Source: Acidimicrobiaceae bacterium (GTDB lineage Bacteria; Actinomycetota; Acidimicrobiia; Acidimicrobiales; Bog-793). From it: 64,000 nucleotides of DNA. The stretch spans positions 27,495 to 91,494 of the forward strand of contig PLKG01000097.1 of NCBI GenBank assembly GCA_003140595.1. Reading direction: 5' to 3'. This document shows positions 49,996-62,055 of the stretch, piece after piece. A program made the translations under genes and the position numbers. Below the pieces are notes generated by a model. It was not told the DNA's origin. It ran no database searches and saw only the letters and a program-made list of their open reading frames with translations. How positions within the stretch are numbered: position 1 is the stretch's first letter; the number at the start of each line of letters is the position of its first letter.

Positions 49996-50241
49996 GACCG
50001 TGCCCTTCCTTGGTTCGTAAACCACTGCGAGCGCCCCTTTTCCGGGGCGCCTGATCCTGCGCGGTGACGTCGCGTTGGCAACCGCACACCGCGATGTTCC
50101 AAGAACGCGTCGCCTAGGTCGCGTCGCGCACCGCCACGTTGGCAGCACGCACCGCCCCTGGTCAAGACGAGATGTCGCGCAGCCTCTCTCGGCCGCCGCC
50201 GGAGGCGGAAAATGTCCTCCTGCGGCCGGGGCGTTATGCGG

Positions 50242-52275
50242 CTAGTACATGTATAGGGTGACTGTTGTACCGACCCTGACCGAGGTTCCTGACGCCGGAA
50301 GTTGGCTGAGCACAAAGTTCGCGCTCGGCGGGCCGTAGAGAGTCCACTGCAGACCCAAGGAGCCGAGGGTTTGCTCAGCCACTGCCTCAGAATCAGCGTA
50401 AAGCGTCGGGACGGTCACAAAAGGTGGTCCTGCCGACACCAAGACCTGCACCTGCGAGTGGCCGGGGACGATCTGGCCCGATGCAGGTCTGGTGCTGATG
50501 ACATAGCCCAGCGGGACCGAGGTCGAGTACTCCTGGCTGTTCACCGGACTCAAGTGCAGATCCGTGAGCATCGTGTCAGCCTGCGCCGAGGTCAGCACGC
50601 CGCCTCGGAGGTCGGTCGGTATCTGGCGAGGCTCAGGGCCCTTGGAGATCACGACATCGACCGTGTCGCCGTAGAAGAGCCTGGTGCCAGCCGGAGCCCG
50701 CGAGCTCACAACGATTCCGGAAGCGACAGTTTCGCTGTAGCGCTCGGAGAACTCAGCCACGAGGTGTGCGCGCCGGACCGCTGACCGCGCCGCCGACTCG
50801 GTCATGGCTTGGAGACTGGGCAGTGCGGTTGGGTGCGGTCCTTCTGAGATCACCATCTTCACGATCGACGGCGCCTTTTCGCGCTTGCCGCTGGAAGGAG
50901 ACTGGGAGATGACCCTGCCTGGGGCGGCACGCTGGCTGAACTGCTCGCCGGAGACTTCCGGAGCGAGCCCTTTGTCGCGGAGGACCGCGGCTGCGACAGT
51001 GAACTGCAGCCCAACCACCCGCGGCACGGTGGCGTGGTTCCACACAAGGCGGGACGCTGCGATGACCGCCGCACCGGCGGCGAGTTCGAGCACCAGCACG
51101 ACGAGGAGCCAGGGCAGCCATCGGTTCTTGTGCTTGGCCCGCGGGGGCTCGGCCAGGACGCCTTGGGGAGCGGGCGTGATCCGGCGCACACCTGGCAACA
51201 CAACCGGCGGCGGCGCAGTGGACGCCCGGGCAGCTCGGGCCGCGACCTCGCGCTCGGGGGCGTTCTGCAAAGGTGGAGCACCTACACGGGGTTGGGTAGG
51301 TGGAGCGACTTCGGGTGCTTGGGCCTCCAGTGCCGGTGTTCCCGACGAAGAGCCCACAAGTCCGAAACGCTCGGTCGGGTCCAAATCGAGCCCGAGCGGC
51401 AGGCTCGGCAGCGCGAGATCGGTCCTGTTGAGGGGAAGTGGCTCGGGAGGATCGAGCTCCAGCAGGAGTGTCTCGAGCTCGAATGCGAGTGCGGCCGCGT
51501 CCAAACGGGCGAGGGGCTCCGAAATCGCTGCCTGCGCCAGCACCGGCGCGAGCGGCCCGAGCTCTCGAGCCGCCGGGAGCACTGCTCCCACGCGCGCCAT
51601 CAAAGTCGCGACCGTCGTGTCGCCGACGAAAGGCACGCGCCCTGTGACCGACTCGTACAGGGTGAGCGCGAGCGAGTACACGTCGGTACGGTCGTCAACG
51701 GGGCGGCCCTCCACCTGTTCGGGCGAGGCGTATCGGGCCGTGCCCATGACCGCGCCGAGCGGCTCGGTGATCGCCGCCTCGGCGAGCGCGCGGGCAAGGC
51801 CGAAATCGGCCACCAAAAGGCGCCCGTCGTCGTCGAAGAGAAGATTGGCCGGCTTGATGTCACGGTGGACGAGCCCGCGCCGGTGGGCGTAGGCGAGCCC
51901 GTGGGCGGCCTCAGCGCCGATCGCAGCCGCCTGTTGCGGGCTGAGCAGACGACCGGTGTCCAGCAAGGACCGCAAACTGCCGCCCCCGAGGTACTCCAAC
52001 ACAAGATAGGGAACGCCGTTCTCGTCGCCCCAGTCGTATACGTGCAGGACGTTGCGGTGGTTCAGCGAGGCGGCCAATCGCGCCTCGGCCTGGAACTTGC
52101 GGAGAAACGTGGCATCGCCTGCCAACGCCGGGTGAAGAAGCTTGACTGCGACGCGTCGACCAAGCCGCGTGTCGTCGGCGGCGAAGACCTGGGCCGAAGC
52201 ACCGGCACCGACGACGGCGAGTAATCGGTAGCGGCCGCTGATGACCCGGCCGACCTGTTCCACTGCGCTCGACAT
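50242..52275 (-). CDS. Ser/Thr protein kinase with TM segment and extracellular PASTA repeats (PknB-like)
   Basis: Kinase motifs GAGASAQVF...VAVK, HRDIKPANLL, DFGLA. TM segment WLPWLLVVLVLELAAGAAVIAA. Repeated PASTA-like units (VPRVVGLQ...VISEGP). ATG 52275; the ORF is open to 52326. Confidence 0.85.
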   Translation of the reverse strand: MSSAVEQVGRVISGRYRLLAVVGAGASAQVFAADDTRLGRRVAVKLLHPALAGDATFLRKFQAEARLAASLNHRNVLHVYDWGDENGVPYLVLEYLGGGSLRSLLDTGRLLSPQQAAAIGAEAAHGLAYAHRRGLVHRDIKPANLLFDDDGRLLVADFGLARALAEAAITEPLGAVMGTARYASPEQVEGRPVDDRTDVYSLALTLYESVTGRVPFVGDTTVATLMARVGAVLPAARELGPLAPVLAQAAISEPLARLDAAALAFELETLLLELDPPEPLPLNRTDLALPSLPLGLDLDPTERFGLVGSSSGTPALEAQAPEVAPPTQPRVGAPPLQNAPEREVAARAARASTAPPPVVLPGVRRITPAPQGVLAEPPRAKHKNRWLPWLLVVLVLELAAGAAVIAASRLVWNHATVPRVVGLQFTVAAAVLRDKGLAPEVSGEQFSQRAAPGRVISQSPSSGKREKAPSIVKMVISEGPHPTALPSLQAMTESAARSAVRRAHLVAEFSERYSETVASGIVVSSRAPAGTRLFYGDTVDVVISKGPEPRQIPTDLRGGVLTSAQADTMLTDLHLSPVNSQEYSTSVPLGYVISTRPASGQIVPGHSQVQVLVSAGPPFVTVPTLYADSEAVAEQTLGSLGLQWTLYGPPSANFVLSQLPASGTSVRVGTTVTLYMY

Positions 52276-52338
52276 GGGGATCACTGAAAGGGTAACGGTT
52301 GGTGGCCCGCGACCGGTGGAGGGCACGCAACCGGCCGT

Positions 52339-54453
<2,115 letters not shown>

Positions 54454-54618
54454 CTAAGATCGGCGGAGACAGCACCCTGCGACCAACTGCACGACACCCG
54501 TCGAGCAAAAAGAGGGCAGGCCCAACAAGCAGGGACAGACCTTGACCGGGCCGCATCGCGACAGTCGCCGAGCGGGGCAAACCAACCGAGCCTTCGAACC
54601 ACGAGGAGTCATCAACAG

Positions 54619-55659
54619 ATGCGTCATGTCGCCGCCTACGCCACCCCGGACCGCCACGCCCCGTTCCACAAGACCACGATCCAGCGTCGCGACCTTGGCC
54701 CGGGGGACGTCCTGATCAAGATCGCATATGTCGGAATCTGCCACTCCGACATCCACGCCGCCCGTGGGGAGTGGGGAGAAGCAATCTTCCCGCTCGTGCC
54801 GGGCCACGAGATCGCCGGCACCGTCGAGGAGATAGGCACCGGGGTCACCAAGCACGCGGTCGGTGACCGAGTCGGCGTCGGGTGCCTGGTCGACTCCTGC
54901 CGCGAGTGCGAGAACTGCCTGGCCGGCGAGGAGCAGTACTGCTTGAACGGGGCGACCGCCACCTACAACAGCATCGGCAAGGACGGCCGGCCAACCGAAG
55001 GCGGCTACTCCACCTACATAGTCGTCGACCAGGACTTCGTGCTCGCCATCCCCGAGGGCATCGACCTCGACGTAGCCGCACCGCTGCTCTGCGCCGGCAT
55101 CACCCTGTTCTCACCCCTCAGGCACTGGGGCGCCGGACCGGGCGTGTCGGTCGCGATCGTCGGTCTCGGTGGGCTCGGCCACATGGGCGTCAAGATCGCC
55201 CATGCGATGGGAGCCGAGGTTTCGGTGCTCTCCCAGAGCCTGTCGAAGCAGGAGGACGGCAGGAGAATGGGCGCAGACCACTACTACGCCACCGCCGACG
55301 ATGCCACCTTCACGAAGCTCAGGAAACATTTCGACCTCATCGTGAGCACCGTGTCGGCGACGCTGCCGATCGACTCCTACCTGTCGATGCTCGGTCTCAA
55401 CGGCACTTTGGCGAACGTCGGCGCACCGCCGGCTCCTCTCACGATGCGGGCTTTCACTCTGATGGACAACCGGCGGAGCTTCGCCGGTTCGTCGATCGGC
55501 GGCATCCGAGAAACGCAGGAGATGCTGAACTTCTGTGCTGAGCATGGCCTGGGCGCCGAGATCGAGGTCATCAGCGGCGATCAGATCGACCACGCCTACG
55601 ACCGGGTCGTCGGCAGTGACGTCCGGTACCGCTTCGTGATCGACACCGCCACGTTCTGA
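54619..55659 (+). CDS. Zinc-dependent NAD(P) alcohol dehydrogenase (CAD/YahK-like)
   Basis: [29 protein letters not shown] structural zinc site, GLGGLGH. ATG 54619 is preceded by GAGGAG. Confidence 0.85.
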   Translation: MRHVAAYATPDRHAPFHKTTIQRRDLGPGDVLIKIAYVGICHSDIHAARGEWGEAIFPLVPGHEIAGTVEEIGTGVTKHAVGDRVGVGCLVDSCRECENCLAGEEQYCLNGATATYNSIGKDGRPTEGGYSTYIVVDQDFVLAIPEGIDLDVAAPLLCAGITLFSPLRHWGAGPGVSVAIVGLGGLGHMGVKIAHAMGAEVSVLSQSLSKQEDGRRMGADHYYATADDATFTKLRKHFDLIVSTVSATLPIDSYLSMLGLNGTLANVGAPPAPLTMRAFTLMDNRRSFAGSSIGGIRETQEMLNFCAEHGLGAEIEVISGDQIDHAYDRVVGSDVRYRFVIDTATF

Positions 55660-55982
55660 CAGCGGAACGCTCGTGCGCTCGATGGCGCGCTGGACCCAGT
55701 TGTCGACGAGGAGCAGGAGCGCAAACAAGCCAAGTACAACAGGGCAGAGCTTGAAGAAGGTGTCGCGGCGCGCGCCCGGGTCACTGCCGTTAGGGCGGCC
55801 GGGGCGACAAGCATGACGGCGGAAGCACGGTAGACCAAGTCCGCGAAAGCCGTATGCAGTCGTCCACGGTCGTGGCGGCGACGATGGCGGAGACGAACCA
55901 CATCGTCATGGCCTCGGCAATCCACTCCTGGGCAATCACGAGCCTGTTGTCGCGGGGCGAAGATGCGGCGGGCATTGGCTCC

Positions 55983-56633
55983 TCAGTCACCCGAAACAGT
56001 GAGCGACGCCAAGAGCGCCTCGACGCGCGTTCTGATCTCGTCTCGGATCGGACGGACCGACTCAGTTGTGCGGCCTTGAGGATCGTCGAGTTCCCAGTCT
56101 TCGTAGCGCTTGCCGGGATAGAGCGGGCACGCGTCCCCGCATCCCATAGTGATCACCACATCGACGGCACGGACGACCTCGTCGGTCCAGGGCTTCGGGA
56201 ACTCTGCGCGGATGTCGATCCCGACCTCCTCCATTGCCTCTACGACAGCGACGTTGATCTCCGAGGCAGGCTCGGAACCTCCCGAGTAGACGACGACACG
56301 GTCGCCGGCAAGCTGACGCATCCATCCGGCTGCCATCTGGGAGCGCCCCGCGTTGTGGACGCAGAGGAAGAGGACGGCAGGGACGGCGGATGGCAACGAA
56401 CCCTCCACCTTTCCGAGCGCCTGAAGCCGTTCGCGTGCGAACCGTTCGGTCAACAGCGGGAGGAACGCGGTGGTCTTGGCCGTCGCGAGAAGTTGGTCCA
56501 TCGAGTCGACGACGAACCGCTCGATGGTCTCAGGTCCGAACACCCCTGCGAACCTTGGGGCGAGCCGTTCCGAAACCTCGTGGACGAGGTGCTGTTGGTC
56601 ATGCGGAAACTCTGTTAGCCGGCGAGCGGTCAT
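55983..56633 (-). CDS. arsC: Arsenate reductase (LMW-PTP type) with ~85-aa N-terminal helical extension
   Basis: VLFLCVHNAGRSQMAAG P-loop (CX5R), GCGDACP. The N-terminal 85 aa has no recognised catalytic motif. Confidence 0.8.
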   Translation of the reverse strand: MTARRLTEFPHDQQHLVHEVSERLAPRFAGVFGPETIERFVVDSMDQLLATAKTTAFLPLLTERFARERLQALGKVEGSLPSAVPAVLFLCVHNAGRSQMAAGWMRQLAGDRVVVYSGGSEPASEINVAVVEAMEEVGIDIRAEFPKPWTDEVVRAVDVVITMGCGDACPLYPGKRYEDWELDDPQGRTTESVRPIRDEIRTRVEALLASLTVSGD

Positions 56634-56787
56634 TGCCCTTCTCCTCTTGGCTGGCGTGAACCGAGGGGGTCATTGGGAGCTGCACTGTGGCGTTCCCGAC
56701 TTGTTGTGAATGGGGCGACCGCGCGAGGACCAGGGGCGCGGTGGTCGAGAAGACCGGGCGACGAACCCGCGACCGACATTGTGTGTG

Positions 56788-57912
56788 TCACGTAGTTCCT
56801 CCCAGCCCTGGTTGAGCTTCTGCCGGGTAGTAGCGCCGTCGGGCCCACAAGGACACGTACACCAGGGCGACAAGGACCGGAACCTCGATGAGCGGACCGA
56901 CGACGCCGGCGAGAGCCTCGCCGCTCGTGACGCCGAACACGCCTATGGCGACCGCGATCGCCAGCTCGAAGTTGTTGCCCGCTGCGGTGAACGCGAGGGT
57001 GGCGGTGCGCTCGTAGGGGAGGCCGAGTGCCCTGCCGAGCGCGAAAGACCCGAACCACATGATGGCGAAGTAGCCCAGCAGCGGCAGGGCTATCCGGGCC
57101 ACGTCGGCAGGACGCGACGTGATGGTGTGGCCCTGGAGGGCGAAGAGGATGACGATGGTGTAGAGCAGCCCGTAGAGGGCGAACGGTCCGAGGCGCGGCA
57201 GCAGCTTGGTCTCGTACCACTCCCGGCCCCGGGCTCGTTCGCCGAAGGTGCGGGTGAGGAACCCCGCCACGAGGGGAACACCGAGGAAGATGGCCACGGT
57301 CTCGGCGATCTTGCCGACTGACAGGTGCAGGCCGACGGTGCTGAGACCGAGCCAACCGGGCAAGACCTTGAGGTAGAAGTACCCGAGGAGAGCGAACGCG
57401 ACCACCTGGAACAGCGAGTTGATGGCCACCAGCACCGCAGCGGCCTCCCGGTCCCCGCCCGACAGGTCGTTCCAGATGAGGACCATGGCGATGCAGCGGG
57501 CCAGGCCGACGATGATGAGCCCGGTCCGGTAGGTGGGCAGGTCGGGCAGCAACAACCAGGCCAGCGCGAACATGACCGCCGGTCCGATCACCCAGTTCAG
57601 CACCAGCGACGTCACGAGCATCCTTCGGTCCCGGGTGACCGAGCCGAGCTTGTCGTAGCGGACCTTCGCGAGCACCGGGTACATCATCACGAGAAGGCCG
57701 ATGAAGATCGGTAGCGATGTGCCCGAGGTCACCTGGATCGCGTTGAGGTGCGTGTTCAGACTCGGAATGGCCCGGCCGAGCCCGATGCCGACAACCATGG
57801 CGGCAATGATCCACACCGGCAGGAAGCGGTCGAGGAACGACAGGCGGCCGATGACCGGCGCGACCGGAACTGTCTTGGCGAGCCGAGCGTCGGTCACAAC
57901 GTCGCTCGTCAC
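56788..57912 (-). CDS. acr3: ACR3-family arsenite efflux permease
   Basis: LSFLDRFLPVWI, conserved GLARCIAMV cysteine motif, about 10 TM segments. Start uncertain: GTG 57912 is chosen; 57897 and 57984 are alternatives. Confidence 0.85.
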   Translation of the reverse strand: MTSDVVTDARLAKTVPVAPVIGRLSFLDRFLPVWIIAAMVVGIGLGRAIPSLNTHLNAIQVTSGTSLPIFIGLLVMMYPVLAKVRYDKLGSVTRDRRMLVTSLVLNWVIGPAVMFALAWLLLPDLPTYRTGLIIVGLARCIAMVLIWNDLSGGDREAAAVLVAINSLFQVVAFALLGYFYLKVLPGWLGLSTVGLHLSVGKIAETVAIFLGVPLVAGFLTRTFGERARGREWYETKLLPRLGPFALYGLLYTIVILFALQGHTITSRPADVARIALPLLGYFAIMWFGSFALGRALGLPYERTATLAFTAAGNNFELAIAVAIGVFGVTSGEALAGVVGPLIEVPVLVALVYVSLWARRRYYPAEAQPGLGGTT

Positions 57913-57949
57913 TCGGCCCCAAAACGCGCAGCGCGGCGATGTCGACGCC

Positions 57950-58423
57950 TCAGCAACACGGGTTGGCTCCGGTCGCGGCACCAATCAGATCGGACCGGGG
58001 GGCACAGCAAACGCTCTCGCCGGACTCGTTCGGGCGGAGCTTGCCGACGGGCGTCTCCACATCTTCGAGGACCGTGTAGATCTCCCACGGCTCGCCTCCC
58101 GGTCCGTTGACCCACACCTTGTCCTGGAGCGCGTAGCAGCACGAGGTCTTCTCCTCGAGTGTCGTGCCCAAGCCGCTCGCAGCCAAACGGTCCTGCGCTG
58201 CCGTCACTTCGTCGGTGCTCGCCACCTCGACCCCAAGCTGGTTGATCGTCCCGGGGGTCTGGTTGACGTCCTCGATGAGGACCAGTTTCAGCGGGGGATC
58301 CGAGATGGCGAAGTTGGCATAACCGGGGCGACGCTTGGCTGGCTCGACCTCGAACAGCTTGGAGTAGAAGTCCACTGAAGCGTCGATGTCGCTGACGTTG
58401 AGAGCGAGCTGGATTCTGGACAC
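57950..58423 (-). CDS. arsI: ArsI/CadI-family VOC (glyoxalase-fold) metalloenzyme, candidate C-As lyase
   Basis: (V)SRIQLALNVSDIDASVDFYSKLFEVEPAKRRPGYANFAI...LKLVLIE...NQLGVEV...TSCCYALQDKVWV...GEPWEIYTV. GTG 58423 is preceded by GGAGG-N6. Cys-rich C-terminal tail. Confidence 0.75.
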   Translation of the reverse strand: MSRIQLALNVSDIDASVDFYSKLFEVEPAKRRPGYANFAISDPPLKLVLIEDVNQTPGTINQLGVEVASTDEVTAAQDRLAASGLGTTLEEKTSCCYALQDKVWVNGPGGEPWEIYTVLEDVETPVGKLRPNESGESVCCAPRSDLIGAATGANPCC

Positions 58424-58439
58424 AATGCACCTCCAATAA

Positions 58440-58492
58440 CATTGACGAGAGTCGATGTATCCAGTATGATCGATGCATTGACAACTGTCAAT
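58440..58492. promoter_or_regulatory. Divergent ars promoter/operator with two inverted repeats sharing the half-site CATTGAC
   Basis: CATTGAC-GAGA-GTCGATG (58440-58457, 1 mismatch) and ATTGACA-AC-TGTCAAT (58477-58492, perfect). They lie in the AT-rich 79-bp gap between arsI and arsR. Confidence 0.5.
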
Positions 58493-58502
58493 AGGAGGCA
58501 TC

Positions 58503-58853
58503 GTGACGAAGCTGATCTCGACGATTGAGCAAACGGGTCAGTGCTGCCCTTCGGTTCTGGCCTCGCCACTGGACGCTGCCCAGGCTGCCGACCTCGCCCG
58601 AGGCTTCACCGCGCTGGCGGATCCTGTTCGGCTCCGGGTGTTGAGCATCCTCGCGGCCTCACCGGACGGTGAGGTCTGCGTGTGTGAGTTCGTAGGGCCA
58701 CTCGGCAAGAGCCAGCCCACGATCTCCCACCACGTCAAGATCCTGAGCGAGGCCGGCCTCGTGAGCGGAGACAGGCGCGGCAAGTGGGTGTGGTACTCGC
58801 TCAACCGCGAACGGCTCGCCGAGCTTCGCGCAGCCCTCCAGCCCAGCGGGTAG
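58503..58853 (+). CDS. arsR: ArsR/SmtB-family metalloregulator
   Basis: LADPVRLRVLSILA...EVCVCEF...SQPTISHHVKILSEAGLV (wHTH with CVC metalloid site). Extra N-terminal CC pair. GTG 58503 is preceded by AGGAGG. Confidence 0.85.
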   Translation: MTKLISTIEQTGQCCPSVLASPLDAAQAADLARGFTALADPVRLRVLSILAASPDGEVCVCEFVGPLGKSQPTISHHVKILSEAGLVSGDRRGKWVWYSLNRERLAELRAALQPSG

Positions 58854-58897
58854 ACGGCGCACAGCCTTCACCTCTACGACATCCAAAGGAGCTAGAC

Positions 58898-59734
58898 ATG
58901 ACCACAGGCGATTCGGAACAGATCTACGCAGCCGTGCGCGACCGCTACGCCAGTGCGGCCCGAGCAACGACCAGCATCGCGTGCTGCGGACAGGCCGGCA
59001 CCCCAACCGGGGTCGTCAGCCGCGCTCTTTACGAAAAGGACGAGACCGACGCACTCCCGAGCGACGCCGTCGCAGCGTCGCTCGGATGCGGAAACCCCAC
59101 CATGCTCGCCGATCTGCAGCCGGGCGAAGTCGTCTTGGACCTCGGCTCAGGTGGAGGGATCGACGTATTGCTGTCGGCCCGTCGCGTCGGGCCGACCGGC
59201 ATGGCCTACGGGCTGGACATGACCCCGGAGATGCTGGATCTCGCCCGGAAGAATCAGGCGGAGGCGGGCCTCACCAATGTCGAGTTCCTCCAGGGCACGA
59301 TCGAGGACATCCCGCTTGGCGACGGGACAGTTGACGTCGTGATCTCCAACTGCGTGGTGAACCTTTCCCCGGACAAGGATGCGGTGTTGCGCGAGGCGTT
59401 CCGGGTGCTCAAGCCCGGAGGGCGGCTGGCTATCGCCGACATTGCACTTCGCCGCACCCTGTCTGAGCCCACGAGGGAGCTCGTCGGACTGTGGACGGCA
59501 TGCGCTGCTGGTGCCCTCGTCGTCGAGGAATACGAGGCGAAGTTGCGGTCTGCCGGATTCGAGAGCGTGTCCATCGAGCCCACGCGCATGTTCGAGGACG
59601 ACGACATCGTCGGTCTCGCAGCCGAGCTGTCGGTAGGCGAAGACCTTCCCGAGAACATCGATCGCGAGGCGCTCATGACAGAGCTGAGCGGTTCGGTCAT
59701 GAGCGCATTTGTTCGAGGCCAAAAGCCCCAGTAG
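58898..59734 (+). CDS. arsM: Arsenite S-adenosylmethionine methyltransferase
   Basis: VRDRYASAA...CCG...ASLGCGNPT...[11 protein letters not shown]...[16 protein letters not shown] 58898 is preceded by AAAGGAG. Confidence 0.8.
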   Translation: MTTGDSEQIYAAVRDRYASAARATTSIACCGQAGTPTGVVSRALYEKDETDALPSDAVAASLGCGNPTMLADLQPGEVVLDLGSGGGIDVLLSARRVGPTGMAYGLDMTPEMLDLARKNQAEAGLTNVEFLQGTIEDIPLGDGTVDVVISNCVVNLSPDKDAVLREAFRVLKPGGRLAIADIALRRTLSEPTRELVGLWTACAAGALVVEEYEAKLRSAGFESVSIEPTRMFEDDDIVGLAAELSVGEDLPENIDREALMTELSGSVMSAFVRGQKPQ

Positions 59735-59815
59735 CACGCTGGTCGTGAGATGCTGGGCCTCGCCATAGGATCGCCGGCGAGCAGGCGCTGAACGACGTCT
59801 GACCGACAAGGCGGC

Positions 59816-60883
59816 TCACGCAGCGATGCCCGAACCTACGACCTCGTCGCCTGTGTAGAGCGCGATCGTCTGACCTGGCGCGACACGACGACCGGGGCCG
59901 TCGAGGTAGCGCACACCTGTTTCGGTGAGCGTGACAGGCCTCGGACGACCGTGTGCACTCGCCTGGGCGAGAACCACCGCACCAACTGGGAGCGGGCCTT
60001 GAACCCACGTCCGCTGTATGAGCTCGACCGTCTCGGTGAGCAGGTCGTCCTGCGAGCCGACCATCACCGTCGCCGAGGCTGCATCGATCTCGAGCGCGTA
60101 ACGCGGCCCCGAAGCCGAAGCGCCGAGGCCACGCCTCTGGCCGACGGTGACGAGCTCGACCGCGGGCACCGTGCCGACCACCGAGCCGGTCGCGTGGTCG
60201 ACGATTCGTCCCGGGTGCAGCTCGATCCGCTCAGCGAGAAAGCGCTCGCGCGGGCCCTGCCCGGGCCCAGCCGCGATGAAGCAGACCTCCTGGCTGTCGG
60301 GCTTCGCGGCTGTCTGCAGACTCAGTGCCGCGGCACGTGAGCGCACCTCGGGCTTTGTGAGCTCGCCGACAGGGAGCAGCACCTTGGAGAGCTCGCGAAC
60401 CGTGAGCATCGATAGCACGTAGGACTGGTCCTTGGCCGCGTCGCGTCCGCGCAGCAGTCGCGGCAGGCTGTCCGGTCCGTGGTTCGCGATGCGGGCGTGA
60501 TGCCCTGTCGCCACGGCGTCGAAGCCAAGTCGAACAGCCCGGTCGAGGAATCGGCGGAACTTCAAATGCCTATTGCATTCGATACAGGGATTCGGGGTTC
60601 GCCCGAGGGCATGTGCCTTGGCATAGGGCACGACGACGCTCTGCTCGAACTCCTCGGAGAAATTGAAGACGTGATGGTCGATCCCGAGACGAGCCGCCAC
60701 ACGCCGCGCGTCGTCAACATCGCCGACCGAGCAGCATCCTGAGTCGCCTGAGCCGCCCCACAGCTTCATGGTTGCAGCAACGACGTCGTGACCCTCCTCG
60801 AGCAGCATCGCTGCGGCAACCGACGAGTCCACGCCACCTGAGAGTCCGACCAGAACCCGCACCCGACAAGTCTCGCAGAGCAT
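59816..60883 (-). CDS. mnmA: tRNA 2-thiouridine(34) synthase
   Basis: PP-loop VLVGLSGGVDSSVAA, NPCIECN. The start near 60883 (ATG) is uncertain; the ORF is open to 61084. Confidence 0.85.
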   Translation of the reverse strand: MLCETCRVRVLVGLSGGVDSSVAAAMLLEEGHDVVAATMKLWGGSGDSGCCSVGDVDDARRVAARLGIDHHVFNFSEEFEQSVVVPYAKAHALGRTPNPCIECNRHLKFRRFLDRAVRLGFDAVATGHHARIANHGPDSLPRLLRGRDAAKDQSYVLSMLTVRELSKVLLPVGELTKPEVRSRAAALSLQTAAKPDSQEVCFIAAGPGQGPRERFLAERIELHPGRIVDHATGSVVGTVPAVELVTVGQRRGLGASASGPRYALEIDAASATVMVGSQDDLLTETVELIQRTWVQGPLPVGAVVLAQASAHGRPRPVTLTETGVRYLDGPGRRVAPGQTIALYTGDEVVGSGIAA

Positions 60884-60915
60884 CGACGACCTGGGCGCAG
60901 CGGACCCGGACACCT

Positions 60916-62055
60916 TCAGCTGCGCAGGCGCTCCACTGCCTCGGCAAATGCAGGCACAGCCGAGTCGATGTCTGCCTGGGTCGTCCCATGGCCGAGAGAA
61001 AGCCTTACGTGGTGCTTTGCCTCCTCGGTCGAGCGGCCCATCGCCAAAAGGACGTGGCTCGGCTCGATGGCGCCGCTCGCACACGCCGAGCCCGCCGACG
61101 CGCAGACCCCGAGCTCGTCAAGAACCATGAGCAGCTCCTCCCCTTCGACGCCTTCGATGCCCAGGTTGCAGATCGCGTCGATGCGCAGCCCCGGTGCCAC
61201 GGCCTCGTGCACCTGTGGGACAGCGCCCAGTATCCCCTCGACCAACCGCGTCGACAGCTTCAGGACGCGCCGACTCGCCTCCTCGCGATCGCGCACGTTG
61301 GCCTCGGCCGCTGCGGCCATTGCGACGACGCCGGCCACGTTCTGCGTGCCCGCTCGGCGCTCGCGCTCCTGCGGGCCGCCGCGCAACATCGGTCGCAGCG
61401 GCGTCGCGCGGTCGCGTGCGACGAGCACACCCACGCCCTTCGGCCCTCCGAACTTGTGAGCGCTCACACTGACCAGGTCGGCACCGGCCGTCATCGCGGC
61501 GACATCGAGCCAGCTGAAGGCCTGCACGGCGTCTGTGTGCACGAGAGCCCGAGGTGCACGGTCGCGTACCAGCGCGACCACTGTCTCGAGCGGCTGGCGC
61601 ACTCCCGTCTCGTTGTTGACGAGCATCACCGAAACTATGCGCACTTTTTCGTCCAACTGGTCCACGAGCATGTCGAGATCGACGACGCCGCGACGATCGA
61701 CACGCACGACGCTTCCGCCGACTGCCAGACACGCCTGGAGCACCGCCGGGTGCTCGACTGCGCTGCAGAGCGCCGTCCCGGACCCGGTGGCGATGCCGAA
61801 CACGGCCAGATTGTCCGCCTCGGTGCCGCCACTCGTGAACACGACGTCACCGGGATGAGCCCCGAGCAACACGGCGAGAGTTTCGCGGGCGTCGTCGAGC
61901 GCCCTCCGCGCCGTCCTCGCGATGCGGTGGCTCCCTGACGGGTTGCCGAAGCTGCCAGCAAGGAACGGGAGCATGGCGGCGACCGCCTCTGCGCGCATCG
62001 GCGTGGTCGCAGCGTGGTCTAGATAGACCGTCGGGTCGCGGTCGCCGGTGCTCAA
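60916..62055 (-). CDS. iscS: Cysteine desulfurase (IscS/NifS class V aminotransferase)
   Basis: VYLDHAATTP, SAHKFGGPKGVG (PLP lysine), SSGSACASG-like GSACASG active-site loop. TTG 62055 overlaps the upstream stop (TTGA); ATG 62085 is an alternative. Confidence 0.85.
   Translation of the reverse strand: MSTGDRDPTVYLDHAATTPMRAEAVAAMLPFLAGSFGNPSGSHRIARTARRALDDARETLAVLLGAHPGDVVFTSGGTEADNLAVFGIATGSGTALCSAVEHPAVLQACLAVGGSVVRVDRRGVVDLDMLVDQLDEKVRIVSVMLVNNETGVRQPLETVVALVRDRAPRALVHTDAVQAFSWLDVAAMTAGADLVSVSAHKFGGPKGVGVLVARDRATPLRPMLRGGPQERERRAGTQNVAGVVAMAAAAEANVRDREEASRRVLKLSTRLVEGILGAVPQVHEAVAPGLRIDAICNLGIEGVEGEELLMVLDELGVCASAGSACASGAIEPSHVLLAMGRSTEEAKHHVRLSLGHGTTQADIDSAVPAFAEAVERLRS

Noticed and set aside
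56634-56787. 154-nt acr3-arsC gap with a 7-bp hairpin (ACCGCGC...GCGCGGT), considered as an sRNA or riboswitch.
   Set aside because: There is no recognisable riboswitch core or U-tract. It is most simply an intercistronic spacer with a weak stem.
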